Notes: a model not told the origin generated them from the letters alone. Counted from the stretch's first letter, positions 1 to 13,900 are shown. The stretch is DNA of 64,000 bases from Bugula neritina (GCA_964035545.1 OZ037766.1:11460722-11524721); one strand, 5' to 3'. Translations and numbers: made by a program.

Positions 1-1914
1 TTCCTTATAAACTATGATGAGAATTTTCTTTTCACGCTCCTTTTATTTGTTACATCAAAATTAAGCTGCCCAATTTTATAATTGCTATAGTAATTTTCTT
101 AGTAGAATAAAAGAATCAATAATTGAGATGAAAATTGCTTTTCGTGCATTCTAAATCTTAACAGATGGTTAGACTGATTCAGATCAATAAGTAATAGTTA
201 TTATAAGACATGAAATTGCAGCAGCTAATTGCTGGAACGGTTCAAATTTGTGTTATAATACTAGCATCTCTCAAATGGTTATATGGTTGTTATTATGCTT
301 TTGAACTTCCAAATGCAGCTTCTATGGCAAGTTAGGAGCAGCAGCTTATTTTTTTGAGTTTGTCTTGTAGCTCTATAGGTTTGAGATGTACTTTGGGTTA
401 TATTACTATTTGGTGCAGAAATTATGTAAATTTCGTTAGCTGAGGTTTTGGTTAGGTATTTAAGTTTGTACCAAGACCATTCAATTTTACAGTCAGACAA
501 ATTGAAATTCTCAAGTTGCAAGTCATCAAGTTACTAAAAAAACTCTGTCTAGCATGCCCACCGTCAGTCACTTAATCTTGAAATCATCTCTAATACACAA
601 TACTGTCACTTAGTAAAACATCTATGCCAAAACTTGTGGTCGTAATTGGTGAGCAAAAGCAATTTGCTAAAATGAAATTGATAGAGTAAAAGGATAGTTT
701 ATTTATAAAGTTGTATCATCAGCAAATTTACTGCTTTGACTTAGTACTGACCCGTGAATTATTTGATTTACTTGCTGCAGCTGCACAAGTGATCAACTGA
801 AAAATTGAAATTGAAAAGCAAGGTTCTACATTATCAATTAATAATATAACAAAGTTGGATACCCCTAGAATTGAGATATCTTTTGCAGAGCTGCCCAAAG
901 TAACAAGATGGGTTGTGCTAGTCTCTTTGTACAAAATAGCAGGCCTTGGACCTAATAGTTGATGCAGGAACAAAGTGTACTCAAATAGAAATAATGGAAG
1001 TATTACTATTTGGACTCGAAAGTTTTATAGAACATTTTATCTGTACACAAAATTACCTTTTGATTTCAATAGCCCACTGCATGAGAAGTATACACACCAT
1101 AATCCAGTTTGGTGCTATGCACCTCTGATTATAGTATGTCTGCACTTGCAGTAAATTAATTATAGGCGATTTTTATAATATACCCACATATTCTACCATA
1201 TGTAACACAATGCCATATTTAAATTGCCAAGTCAAGAATAATATAAAAGGGCTTTCCATCAACAAATCAAAAAGCAACTGCTGCTTTATGGTATATTTTT
1301 ATCTCACAATATGAATATGCAGACTTTGGTAGCAAATGCTGTTATATTTATTAGGTATAACAATGTAATGTAAAATACTTATTTACCTCGAGTAATATAT
1401 CATGCAATAATCGCCCATCTGTAAGCTCATGAGTTGAGAATGTGGTTCAGAAAGCTAAGTTTATATCCTTAGACTCAAAACTCCATTTTATTACCTGTAA
1501 AGTGGATGTTGCAAAATCAATGCAAGAAATCAATTCTAACAGATGTATGTGTTTTAGTGAAACTATCTACCTCCAATAAACTATCCTTCAAGTTGCTTTG
1601 CCTAACACCACCTCCCTAATGGTCTATGGAACCACATTATAAGTGCTCATAACTTTCTAGTGAAATCATTACTTTTTTATTGCAGACAGACTCATAAAGA
1701 CAGACTGACAAGGAATACTATTAATTAATTAGTTCTTTGTGATTGGTGGCAAGTGAGCATGTCCCCATGTGAGCTTTAAAGGCCGTAAGCATCCAGATTA
1801 TTTATTACATTTGAGCACAAGTTTGCATGCTTTTCAACTGTTTTATCAGCATTTCATCCAATTTCTTATACGAAAATACTACAAAAATGCAAGTAAAAGT
1901 GGTCACATTAGGTG

Positions 1915-2340
1915 TCTTAGACTTGCCCAGACTTGCCCGCGAGCTTGCCCTCCGTGTCCTATTCTGACGTGGGGATGGCAAAATAGCCCTATTGTAGCGT
2001 GAGTTTATATCGCGTAAAGTTATTAAAGGCGGGTTTGTCTCAGATTCTCGTCATTCGTAGCTCAAATCACATGAATGTTACTCTTCGGGTGGCTACTAAT
2101 AACTAACGTTAGCTACGCAACATCAAGAAAGGTAACTAATTTGACTGTTTTCAAATGGACTATTCCATTTCGCTGGTTTGTAACTTGCTGTAAATCACAA
2201 AATAATTATCTTCCCTATTTTAATTTCAATTATCACGTCGACCACACTACCAGAAAATTACTTTTAAATATGCAGTAAATGATGATTTTCAACCGTTTTG
2301 TGATGAATTATAGGTTAGTAGTTGTCTACGTAAAATCAAG
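1915..2340. promoter_or_regulatory. Orphan promoter-like CpG-bearing island
   Basis: CpG-rich relative to its flanks, with 3x CTTGCCC, TGACGT, GGCGGG and a donor-like AG|GTTAGT at 2313/2314. No coding gene assigned. Confidence 0.4.
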
Positions 2341-2359
2341 TTTTAAAATTTGTAACTGA

Positions 2360-3200
2360 ATCAGTGAATCACAGTATCAGTATGAGTATGACTATGAATA
2401 TCACTATGTCTATGACTCTCACTCAGTCTATGACTATCGCCTATTGGTGAACTATTAGTATTATTAATAATATTCAATGGTTATATTTATTAATACTATT
2501 AATAATCATAATGATAATCATATGACATTTGACAATATCAGTATGTTACGGAGCAGGATCAGTTTCGAAACTAATACTAATAGTAATACTTATAATATTA
2601 GTTATAACTATAAGTATAAGTTATATCGATAGCAATATTAGTATAAATATTTATATTCATAGTAATATTAATAGCAAATGTAATATTATTATGTTGATAG
2701 TTATACTTGTAAGTTATAGTATAAAGCAAACGAAACAAGTATTAATTTGAACTGCTGGTCTTAAAATAAAAAATGAAATAAATATAAATAATAAATTATA
2801 ATAATTTAATTATACTAATACTAATAGTAATAGCAATACTTTTACAGTAATATAATTATAATAAATTTATAAAACTCAAACAACTTTAAATTTAATGAAC
2901 AACTTTAAATACAAACATAAAGATAATATTAAATAATTATAATCATAATGGTCATAACAATAAATATGATTCCAATAATTACCAATATATTATATAATAT
3001 TTAAATTATTTTAATTTATAATTATAATCATAATTTTTATAGTTATAGTGAATAAATTCAATATGACATAATTACTATAATATAAAGCAGTCAGTCTATC
3101 TCTAATGCTGATTGATATTCAGATTGTTATGACTGTATCATTATTCACTAACTCTAAGAGTAAGTGACTACAATTATTAGTATCAATGTTGTGTTAGAGT
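2360..3200 (+). repeat. Low-complexity hexamer/trimer tract (AGTATG/ACTATG/AGTATC, AAT/AGT)
   Basis: 6-nt periodicity at 2373-2440, grading into AAT/AGT-rich sequence. Confidence 0.8.
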
Positions 3201-5809
3201 ACTATACCCATTGGAATTTTGATAAATCCATTATATTTACAACTCTGCCTGTTACAGCTATTAATAAATTGAACCAAAATACCAACAGTGCCTAATCATC
3301 GCCTTATTTGTAAAATAATCACTATCATAATGCTCAAGTTAATAGATTGGAAATTATTGAAAATTATATTGATGCCAATATAACTATGACATTGCATGCA
3401 TCCAAGTAGTGATGTTGTAATATATCTTGGAAAATAATTACATTATAATAAGAGTTAAATTCCTCTAAGTAACTTTTTTGCAATTATTCCTTAGAATAAC
3501 TATAACTTATACTCCTAATATTTAGTAGCGCATTAGTTTTAGATTGAGCTACTAATTGTATTTATTGCATGTGAAGGTTAGTTATTCTCCATCAGCTGCA
3601 TGAATGTGACTGGTAAATTTTGTAACCTTTGGCAGTAATAACTCTATAGCATAAATTAGACACATTTTTATAAAAATACATAATTGCTATAGCTGCTAGT
3701 AATTCTAATGGGTGAAATAATATTACTTTCACCAGCATTAATTTTTACTTTGTTCATGCTTCATGAAGCATTTTCTAAATTCTTTTTTAAATAAATTTCT
3801 ACAATACATATAATGTGCTGAATAGATTACATATGTTGGGGTTCTTCCTTTACTGCAGCTCAGCCTACACTCCCGCCACAAATGTTCCTAAACTACTAGC
3901 TCCATCAGGACACAGGTTGATGGAGCTGTATTGATAGAAACTTTTCTTTTTAGCAGTAGAGGCATCATGGAAAATGGCAAGTATTTTACTCAATAAGAAT
4001 GCAGTTTTTTACTTCTACAAATTTGATAGCCTACACTATTCTATTTAAATGGAGACTGGTCTGACATAATGTGTCTGCAATTTATTAGTTATAATATAGT
4101 AAATACTATGCGGGCCTATAGATAAAAAGGCTCAAAAAGTAATTAAAAAAAACATTACACAATGCTGTACTTATTAGCAATGTGATACTTAGCAACTAAT
4201 TTCACATTATTATTGTTTGCAAAGTTTTATATATCTACATATGTTTGTTCAATTCAGTGTTCTGGAATAGAAGGTTCCAACAGCAGGGAAAAGCCTTGAA
4301 CAAGATATTATGTTCTACATCTCCAACTCATTTTAACTTTGCTGGTCAGTTCATTGTGTATCTGGAGCATAGTTTTGTATTTTCAAGTAGTCCATCAGAT
4401 ACCTTTGTAGATAGTTAAGATTACAATGTTTGTGCAATGATGTCCATAATGTTGAACTGATTTATTGAAACTAAAACTGTTCTTAATTATAACAAAACTT
4501 GACAATCTTTACAAAAGACTAATGTCCTAGATAATCTATCTTCATTGTAAACAAAATTAGAAACTTCCACATCAGCAAATTGTTTATCATCATCTGTAGG
4601 TGGAAGACGCTTGCACTCAGTTATAAAGGCAAGCTGAAAGTGGTTTTCTTTGCCTTCTATGAAGATTTGAAAAGAGCCAGAAAATTAATACTCTATAACT
4701 GCAAAACCATGTTGTAGTGTCTTGTGTTATTGATTGAATCATCTAAAAGAAAAATTGTTGTATCATTATAATTTTGCTGTTAATGAATTAGCAAATCTAC
4801 TTATCTTGGTAAATATGTTCAAGAACAAATACTATAGTGTAACTCAGTTTTGGTTATGTGTATGCTCCTTAAGTGAATTTACAGCAGATGTTAAACTATA
4901 TATTAGAGACTGATATAGGAATTAAATTTAAGCTAACCATGATGATGTAAATAGCTGTTGTATGTGACTTGGAGAACTCTGCTGGCCATGTCAGTTCAAA
5001 TACACCATTATTGAAATTCAGCCTCTTCACAACTATGGCAACATTCTGACCGCTCCTTAGCTTTCTGCGCCTGAAATTTCTTCTACTTGCACCATTCTTC
5101 TATTGGTGGAATGTTAGTCTATAACAAACAGGTGTACCAAAGCTAAAGAAAAATCTAATTCACTGCACTAGGATATTATTCAACTCATTTAAATTCAATA
5201 TATAGCAGTAAAACAATCACATAATTGTATTTATTTTATCAGCTTTACTTTACAAAGCTGAACCATATGATTTAGTAACTTGTCACCATAATAAACATTG
5301 TACAACATACAAATTGAAAACCTGATGTGATTGCTTTTTAATAGAATATACATCACAAACATGTTACTTTAATAAGCATGTTCATAATAAAAGTATTAAA
5401 CCAGTTTGAAAAATTTTTTGTTATGTAAGGGATTACAAAACTACATCATTTTAGATCTGTAGCTTAATGTTCCTTAAGCAACGGGCTGCTATGACTAATT
5501 AACTTTCTATCATTGCATTTGATTGTTCTACTCATAGTGTATTGGCGAGTTAAAATTATTGGTAATTTAATGTATATTTTAGCTACCTCTGTACAATCAA
5601 TGTCATAGTAATATCTATTGGATTTCAAATTTCACTGAGTTTATAGTAATTCATTGCATAACATTTGGCTAGTTCTCTAGTTCATTAAATAACCATACGA
5701 ACTTTAATTTACAACATGACAAAACACACAAAGCAAAATTAAAATAAGCATATTATGAACCAATGTAATTGATAAGTGATAATGCTGTTGTAAAACATAA
5801 ATTATCAAA

Positions 5810-6440
5810 TTGAAATAGTTATTATTACTATTAGTATTACTATCATTATAACAACTATAATTATTATTAGTATTACTATTAGTATTAGCATTAGTAGTAA
5901 AAAATGAGTAGAGTTCAACATATACAATCTAGCTTACTATAAAAGTAGAAGTAGAACTTCTAAAACTATCATCTGCATCATTATCAGAACTATGAGTAAT
6001 ACTAGTAGTTGTACTGATAGTAATACTATTAATATTATTTAATTATTGATTATTAATTAATTATTGATACTAATAGACAATAGTTATAGTATAACTATCA
6101 GTATGAGACTTGGGCTGGCAGTGATTATCACTATCAGTATCAGCATCGTCATAGTCAAAAGTTACAAGAATTAGAAGCCATATTGATATTCATATTGATA
6201 TTCTCATTGAGTTATGCATAGCCATATTCATAGTAATAGACATAGTCAATCACTGATTGAGTTAATGTCATAGTGATACTCATACTCATGATTAATTTAT
6301 ACGATACTCATACTCATAGTCATAGAGTATCATAGTCATAGTGACACTTCACCGTGAATTTCAATTTAATAATAATTTTAATATTAATATTATTATTATC
6401 ATTGTTGCTAATAGTAATAGTAATATTATGTCTTACTCTT
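5810..6440 (-). repeat. Low-complexity tract, largely reverse-complement hexamers (CATACT/CATAGT/GATACT)
   Basis: 6-nt periodicity at 6269-6348. Confidence 0.8.
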
Positions 6441-9185
6441 AGTCTAACAGCAGCTTTATGAAGAAGTTGAACATAACTGATAACAAAACAAATTTAAAAA
6501 ATAATACTGTAACAATCAAAATAATAATAATGTATATCAATATGCTAGCAACCTAATAGTAATTTTCAGCTCACTTCATTAACTTTCCGTGCAGTATTGT
6601 GATAGAATAAATTTATTAATGGTGACCTTGACATCTTCGTCCAAACGCCTTTCACGTCAAGCCCCGAACCAATTTGTAAAAATTTTGGATTTTTTACTTT
6701 TGATTATTTTTTACGAAAAGAGCTTCAAAATAAATTTAAAAAAAAGTGAGCTGTTGTCCACATGAAAAGAAATATATGAGTCAATTTTCTAAATTCAAAA
6801 AATTACCAGAGGGTCACAATATTTTTTTTAAAAAGTCTGTATTTTCACGGCAAGCTCTATATGTTAATATAGAAAAATAGAAGACAACTCTTCTTTCGGA
6901 TTTTTCATGTGCCATGGTCACGTCAATATCAGTGCTATTAACACATATATTTTAATTCATTTTTTCTAGTATATTGAGTTGAGATTTTTTTATATATTTT
7001 GTGAATGCAACTAAAAAAGTATGAACTTTTATTTAACAGTAATTGATTTTATCAAAATAACCTGGATGCCTACGATGTTTAAGATATTCATATAAAAAGA
7101 GGCATTTTCTTTAATCTTGATTAATAGCTTATGATGTGTGAGGTGCTCAATCATGAAAGGTCTGCAGTAGGTAAGACCACAGGTTTGTCTGGTAGACTGT
7201 ACTCAAATCCTCCAGTTGATCAAATAACATTCAGCTTCAAGAAAAATAAGGTGAAGATGATGAAATATATATTTGTTGTCAAAAATGCATGTTAATCTGA
7301 CGTCATCTGAAGAAATAGATATCTTGCTCATTATGTAAGGTTGCAACGAAATGGAATTAAACATGTAAACTTTTCTACTGCATGTTTTATTGTTTGTATA
7401 ACAATTATTATTTATTCTTAATATTCAGAATCATATGACACTGTATTTAAATTTAAAAAAGAATTTAAATAATTTTAGCCCCCCCCCTTTCCTTCTAATA
7501 ACACAATTACCATTTTCATTTCATACAAGACTATTAGTTACTAAGACCATAAATCATATTTTGAAGGTTCATGAACCTAAACAACTATGTTTGGGGGGGA
7601 GGGGTAGTCATTTACAGCGAAAAGATTTTATACTTAATTTTTGATTTAAAATTTAATTAAATTTGCATTTATTCATAACAAATCATATATTGGCTAATCT
7701 GGTCTATAATACAGCAGAAATATGCGGTTTAATCATTGATCTCAGAAATTTCATCAGTTGATATTTAGGAGTTGCCCTTTTTTCCTGCAAAGAAAGTTTA
7801 AAATTTCAGCCCTCTAAAGTCTTCATTTAGAATTCTTACATTGCATACCTACGATAGAACTACTTAATTCTCCTTGTTCTTGTATATATGCTGCATAACA
7901 AGGTTATTATGAAATGTCAATTTATACATAGATGATTTGTATAACACAAGATCACTTGATAACTCATTTTTGTATAGATTTAGAGTTGGTAAAAGCTACA
8001 TCAGGCAGCCTAATAATTTATCCATATATCACATTGGTGTCATTCTCCATGCATGTGAACCTTAAAGAATATCCCTAAGAGTTCTTCAAAAATATTTCAA
8101 AAAACCTATAAAAGTTGCATGCATAAAAATAACATGTCATCTGCTGTGAAATTCAGGTGCTGAAATGTCCTTTTAGTGAACTGTTTTAATGTTTTTGTCA
8201 TAATTCAAAGTAAAATAAGTTATAGACAAATGCATGTGTGGGTATTTGTTTATTAGAATGACAATTAAATAGAAAAATATACTAAAACTAATATTCTTCT
8301 ACAACTATTTTCAATTGATGAAACCAAATGTTAACCATAAATCATTCAACTACCTTTTAAATTAAAATATAATTGAGAAATAATCAAAATTGTTTCATTT
8401 ATTTTCAGTTTCTTCTACAGATGATGGGTACAGCCACCACTCTGTTAATCAAAGTGACAGTATAATATTCTAGAAGAATTGGGACAGAAATAGAAAATCC
8501 AGACAATCAACTTGACATAACAAGCCTTGGTAGAACTGTTACTACTCAAATAAAGTAATTTGATATCAAGAATACTATGCGTATGTGACAGAGTCTCATC
8601 TTTCAAATTCTATGCATAAATATGTGCACCTAATAACCAGTTAAGTATTCATGAAATAAAAGTATAAAACAGATAGAATAAAATATAAATCATTAAAACA
8701 ATATTTATACAAAAATATAAAATAGATACAAGGCTATACTTGTAGTATAGGTGCATGCCGTAAAACTATGGAGGTTAGGTGTGGCTGGCAAGATCTACTG
8801 CTCAGTTGGTTCTGAAACAGACCAACACAAAGGCGTGGTGAGAAAACAGTAGTCGTAGCCACTATATTATAGAAATGGCTAAGTGCAAAGTTTTCATATG
8901 GCAGGTTGTAATTTATTGCTGTGAAGTATTATAATGCACACCACAAGGTGCTTTAGCCTACGTGGTAGAAATTCTCTGGTTGTCTAGAGCTAACAAACAA
9001 CATTTCACAGGAGCTGGCAATAATGAAATAAGTGCTAATGCTACACCACCTTAGGTTTGCCCATATCACCGCACATTTGACAATATAGCATTCTTTTGTT
9101 TATATCAAGAATAATTAATTACATGAAAGTATTGTACATTTCCTTACCAAATTTAAACAGCTATGAGAATTGGCCCACTTTATCA

Positions 9186-10883
9186 TCACTTTTTCTCATT
9201 TGTTGTTTTTTCTAATTCATCTATCTATAAAAATCAATACAGCTTATAAAATCATATTCGACCAAGAGAACATATAGCTACATGCTAACCAAACACTTCC
9301 TATGTTCAACAGCACAAACAACAGTACAGTCTTACATAAAATAAAAATGTCTCTTTCTTCTCGAAAGAGTCTGTTGAATTTTTTTAAAATTTAAATTCAG
9401 TCAACGAAAAGCTAAAGTACCACTCATTAAAAGTAGAACCGCTCTTAAAATTTATTGAATATGATAATTAAATATAAATTTTTTTGTATAAAAGTTTAAC
9501 TTTCTTGCACAAAAATCCAACTTATTTGCATGAAAATTTATTTGTTTTTGTTAAAAACCATGTAAATAGCGATAGAGCCCCCCAATATGTTATATGATTT
9601 AGTACACAACATATAGCATGTGATAATACATAGCAAATATACTTGATCTGTTTCTATAACACATAAAATAAATTTGTTTCAAATCTATATTCGAATATCT
9701 CAAAATATACACTAGAGAATAATTAAAACAAAGACTATACAAGTGAGAATAAGATTAAAGAGTGTATGAGAAAGATCATATGACCAATGAGTATACAGGT
9801 GAGAATAAAATGGAGGAATATGAAGATGTTATTAGAACTGTGTGCCATTAGCATGGAAAAGGTGATGGCTTAATCCAAACAAGCAACAGTCAAAACTTGA
9901 TATTTTTTTGGAGCAGATTGGAATTATTTCTAAATCCTTGCAAGTTATCAAAAAGAAAATCCATTACTAACTTGATGGTTGGTATGAGTCAGGAACATCT
10001 CACATAATATTTTCACAAAGCCTCATTTTTATAAACAAAGAGGCTTAAAACTTATGAGACAAGCAACATACTCAAGTCAAAGTATTAGAAGTTGCGGTTT
10101 GTTAGCATTATACTGGCTTGCAATATGTAAAGCATTATGATAATCAAATTGACACTTGGTTATATACATGTGTGGCATTTCAACAAAACAGGCAATCAGC
10201 AAAAACTTATTTTGCTAGAAGTGGTGAGCTTCTACAGTTTAACCACACAATCAAGAGAAAAATACAAAAATATGTTTTCATGAGTAGCTTTAATCTAAAT
10301 AAACTCCTAGAATTAAAATTTTAAATGATCAATTTCTTTTATGCGACACTAGTTGACATTTTTTATTGTATTTTCTTTAAAGATCATCAATTTTTAGTGG
10401 TGATACAACTAAATACAACTGAGGCATGTAAAATCTGACAAGTCTGAATAAAAAAGCAATTGAATTTTCTTACTTTGTCTTGTAAAGATGATATTAGTTG
10501 AGAAAACTTGTCGATAGCGTGTTCTAGACCATCAATTCTCTCCTCATAGAGATGCTGCTCTGTATGGTGGCTGGTGGGTGCCGCGTTTCCACCAGATGCC
10601 GAGGGTTTGTCTTCAGAGTAGCTGTACTGATAGCCTGCAGACCTCCTGTTCCTTGAAATGATGTTGTGGGTTATAGACTGGAAATCTCCGGAGTTGTCAC
10701 AATCTGTAAGAGATGACAACTACCGCTGTAACAGTGTATTCAGGATATTGTTCAAGATACAGAGAAGAAAAGTGATTGCTTTCCCATTTGATACGCTTTT
10801 TTGTACAGTTCTATTTTATTTTCTACTATATTGGCTTAAATAAAACTTTGAGTTGAAGAGTTTCAAATCACACCTAGCTTATA

Positions 10884-10961
<78 letters not shown>

Positions 10962-13900
10962 TATAATACATATACACGTTAGCACAGTATTCACACTTCA
11001 CCAAAAATAATATTCAACCATTTGCTGCCCAATATTTATAAGAAGAGAAACTACTCACAATGTGCAGCATATAATTAAATGCAGCACATTGTGGCCAAAA
11101 GATGGACAAGGCCTTGGGCCTTTTAACTAATTTCAGGGCCCACAACTCTAAGATGGGTAAGTAAATTATGAGACTGCTTTTTGTACTTGTGTGTTTTGTA
11201 CCCAGCATTTAATATTTATTGGCAAAGTTTCTGAGTTATTACAAAATGAATATTCCAGTTAGAAGCAATAATTAAAAAATATTGAGAGAGGAAGGCAGTT
11301 TGAATACCTAAAGTTGATGTTTGAAAATTATAGTTTCGGCTATGATTCAAATAATTGAATAAAATCTAATACTGCAGAAATTATATATTTTTGCAAACAA
11401 TTTTTGCTGAATTTTAATGAATATTTTTAGTTTATGGCTGAAAAACATGAGTAACTGCAGAAATATGTAGATGATTTCAAATACTCTACTTGTATTATAA
11501 AAGCAATTTTACAGACAAAGCTACATAGAACATTTAACTGGTTCAAACTAATTAGTTATTCAACCCAATGGCATGATGTTTATAATATTTTACAAGGCTT
11601 CAACACAGGGACATAAAACTATTCTATAAATAAGTCATCTTACTCAACAAGTTTACATATAACAGAAACCATTTAGGTGCAGTAGTTGAAAAATTGCATA
11701 AGCCTAAATTCTTTAACTTTCTTGATAAATTTTGGTTTGGGCATGGAACTGAGGTTGCATGCCCAAGCAGCCACTGATACACTTACTGTGACAGCAGTGA
11801 GACCAAACTTTGAGGTTCAGTTTTGGAAGTTTGTTGGAGTCACATTTGTGGAACTGACGGGGATATTGCGAGAGTTTGAACACATCTGCCGGTATGTCAG
11901 TGATGTTATCCGCACTCATGCAAATTATGTGAGACAATGTGACTTGTTTAATCTCTACCAGCTGATCTGGTGAAAACACTCCTGGACTTTCATAGTAGAA
12001 CCTGCAACACAATCTAGTTTGTATAATTCAGTTGAAATTTCTCTAGGCGTGTCTTGAAGCACTGAAAATGAGAAAAACAAGAGCTGAAAGAAATTCATGA
12101 TACTCATTGCATATAGACTAGAATATGACCTATTATATGTTGTAAGCTGATAACAACATTAAATTTACAACACATTTTTACCATTATAATTGATATTTTA
12201 AAACTTATTTTAAGTCAGATCTGGTTGATTACGAAATTTTCTTTTATCAGCAAATTTAACATACATTAAATTATCGTTTTGCATATATTTCTACTTTAAT
12301 GGAAAAAAAACGTAATTTTAAGAGTATAAATGAAACAACTGATTACCTATCCCCATCCCTTAGTCTTCTGAACTGCTCAGCCAATATGCAGGTAAAAGTT
12401 TGACCAACTCTGGCGCCAGGTAAAAGCTTCTCCACCATACCACCCACAAATAGATCAACATTCCCTGCAGAAGAAAGATGTATTCTAGTAATGCTTTACA
12501 CGAGTCTCTGAAATTAATATTTGAATAAAGCAATATTTCATAAAACAAAATAAATCTAATTACTAAATTTTATAACAATGAATCATTAAGCAACAAATAG
12601 CACTCAGAAATATCATCTTGGCAGATGTTTATATATACTGTCTTTTCAGTCAAAGTATGGTATAGTAGCCATTTACTAATAAGAATGCTTCTAAATTAAA
12701 AACTAATAAATTGTATAGAGCAGGATTCTTCATTAGACAGTTCTGCTACATAAACAGGATAGCAAATTGATACATAAATTTTGTATAATTTATGTTTTAT
12801 TAAAATTTCTATGCCAATTAGTTGGTTGTTTGAAACATATTGCTTCACAGAGTAAATGTTTTGCTTCAATAAACACTAATATAGCTTTTTTAAACAAATT
12901 ATTAATGTTTAGTTTATAATTTCATCAAAAAATAATAAATATAACAAAACTAGGAGCGCAGAAGACATTTTTAAACAGCTTTGTAAACCTTTGAGAAATA
13001 TTGTAGGAACTAAATCATCTAAAAGTAGAAGTTTATCTAATGGTATAGTGAATAAAAGAATTTTAGGTAAAAATAGCACAGGTAAAATGGCACAGGTAAA
13101 AATGGCACACTGATGCTAAGTTTTCCCAAACCCAAACCTCCCATCCGAAACCCAAATCCCAAATCTTTAAGCCCCAACTCTAAACTCAAACCCCCAAACC
13201 TAAACCTCAATATAAACCCCAAACCCCACACCCTAATATTGAAGAATTGTGATTTTTATTTACTTTGCCATTTGTGCCATTATTACCTCTGCCATTTTTA
13301 CCGGACACCGAATAAAAGTGAACAACTAGGCAATTAAGTTTGAAACTGTTTGAAAGTAACTTTCCATGGTAAACTTTCAATACCTGGATGCCCATATATT
13401 TGCTCTAATTTCATTCTTATTTTCACATCAGGAATTTCATTCACCAAGTCATCAAATGTAAAAGCTTCCCCTAGCCCACATTTCTTCCTCCACTCATTAT
13501 AAGAAGGGAGGCCGTGGTCACGGCCCCTCTGTATGTTTAATGCCGCCAAATCTAAAACCACAAATCAATTTATACTGAAATGTGAGGAAACAAAAGAAAA
13601 TTAAGTCGGATTTATCATTTAGGTTTTAATGACTGTTATTACAAAATTTAATTGAATTATTTTAATGAAGAATTAATATTATATGTTGTGACACTGAACC
13701 AACATAAGTATCTCATTAATGGTATATGCTATTTTTTCACTTTACACATTTGAGACAATTATACAGGTAAAGTTGATGAGGTATGTCCAGTAATAGAAAA
13801 TCATGTGTTCTAGACGAGAAATGGAGCAAAAAAGTTATGTTCCCTCGAGAAATTTAAGAAAGGCCCGGCATGACAAACAAATTTCAAGGTTCCAATAAAA

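Noticed and set aside
2529-2750. Hydrophobic 73-aa ORF
   Set aside because: Artefact of AT-rich low-complexity sequence.
6660-7620. Possible non-autonomous DNA transposon fragments (also ~35000-35150) and a poly-C/poly-G pair at 7479-7604
   Set aside because: No terminal inverted repeats or target-site duplication could be defined.
9180-9188. TGA TGA TAA read as tandem selenocysteine or stop readthrough
   Set aside because: No SECIS-like element was visible by eye downstream, and the context is not the TGA-CTA readthrough type. A SECIS search would settle it.
13037-13337. Pro/Asn-rich and Gly/Leu-rich ORFs; interstitial telomere
   Set aside because: These are translations of the degenerate repeat core of a small mobile element.
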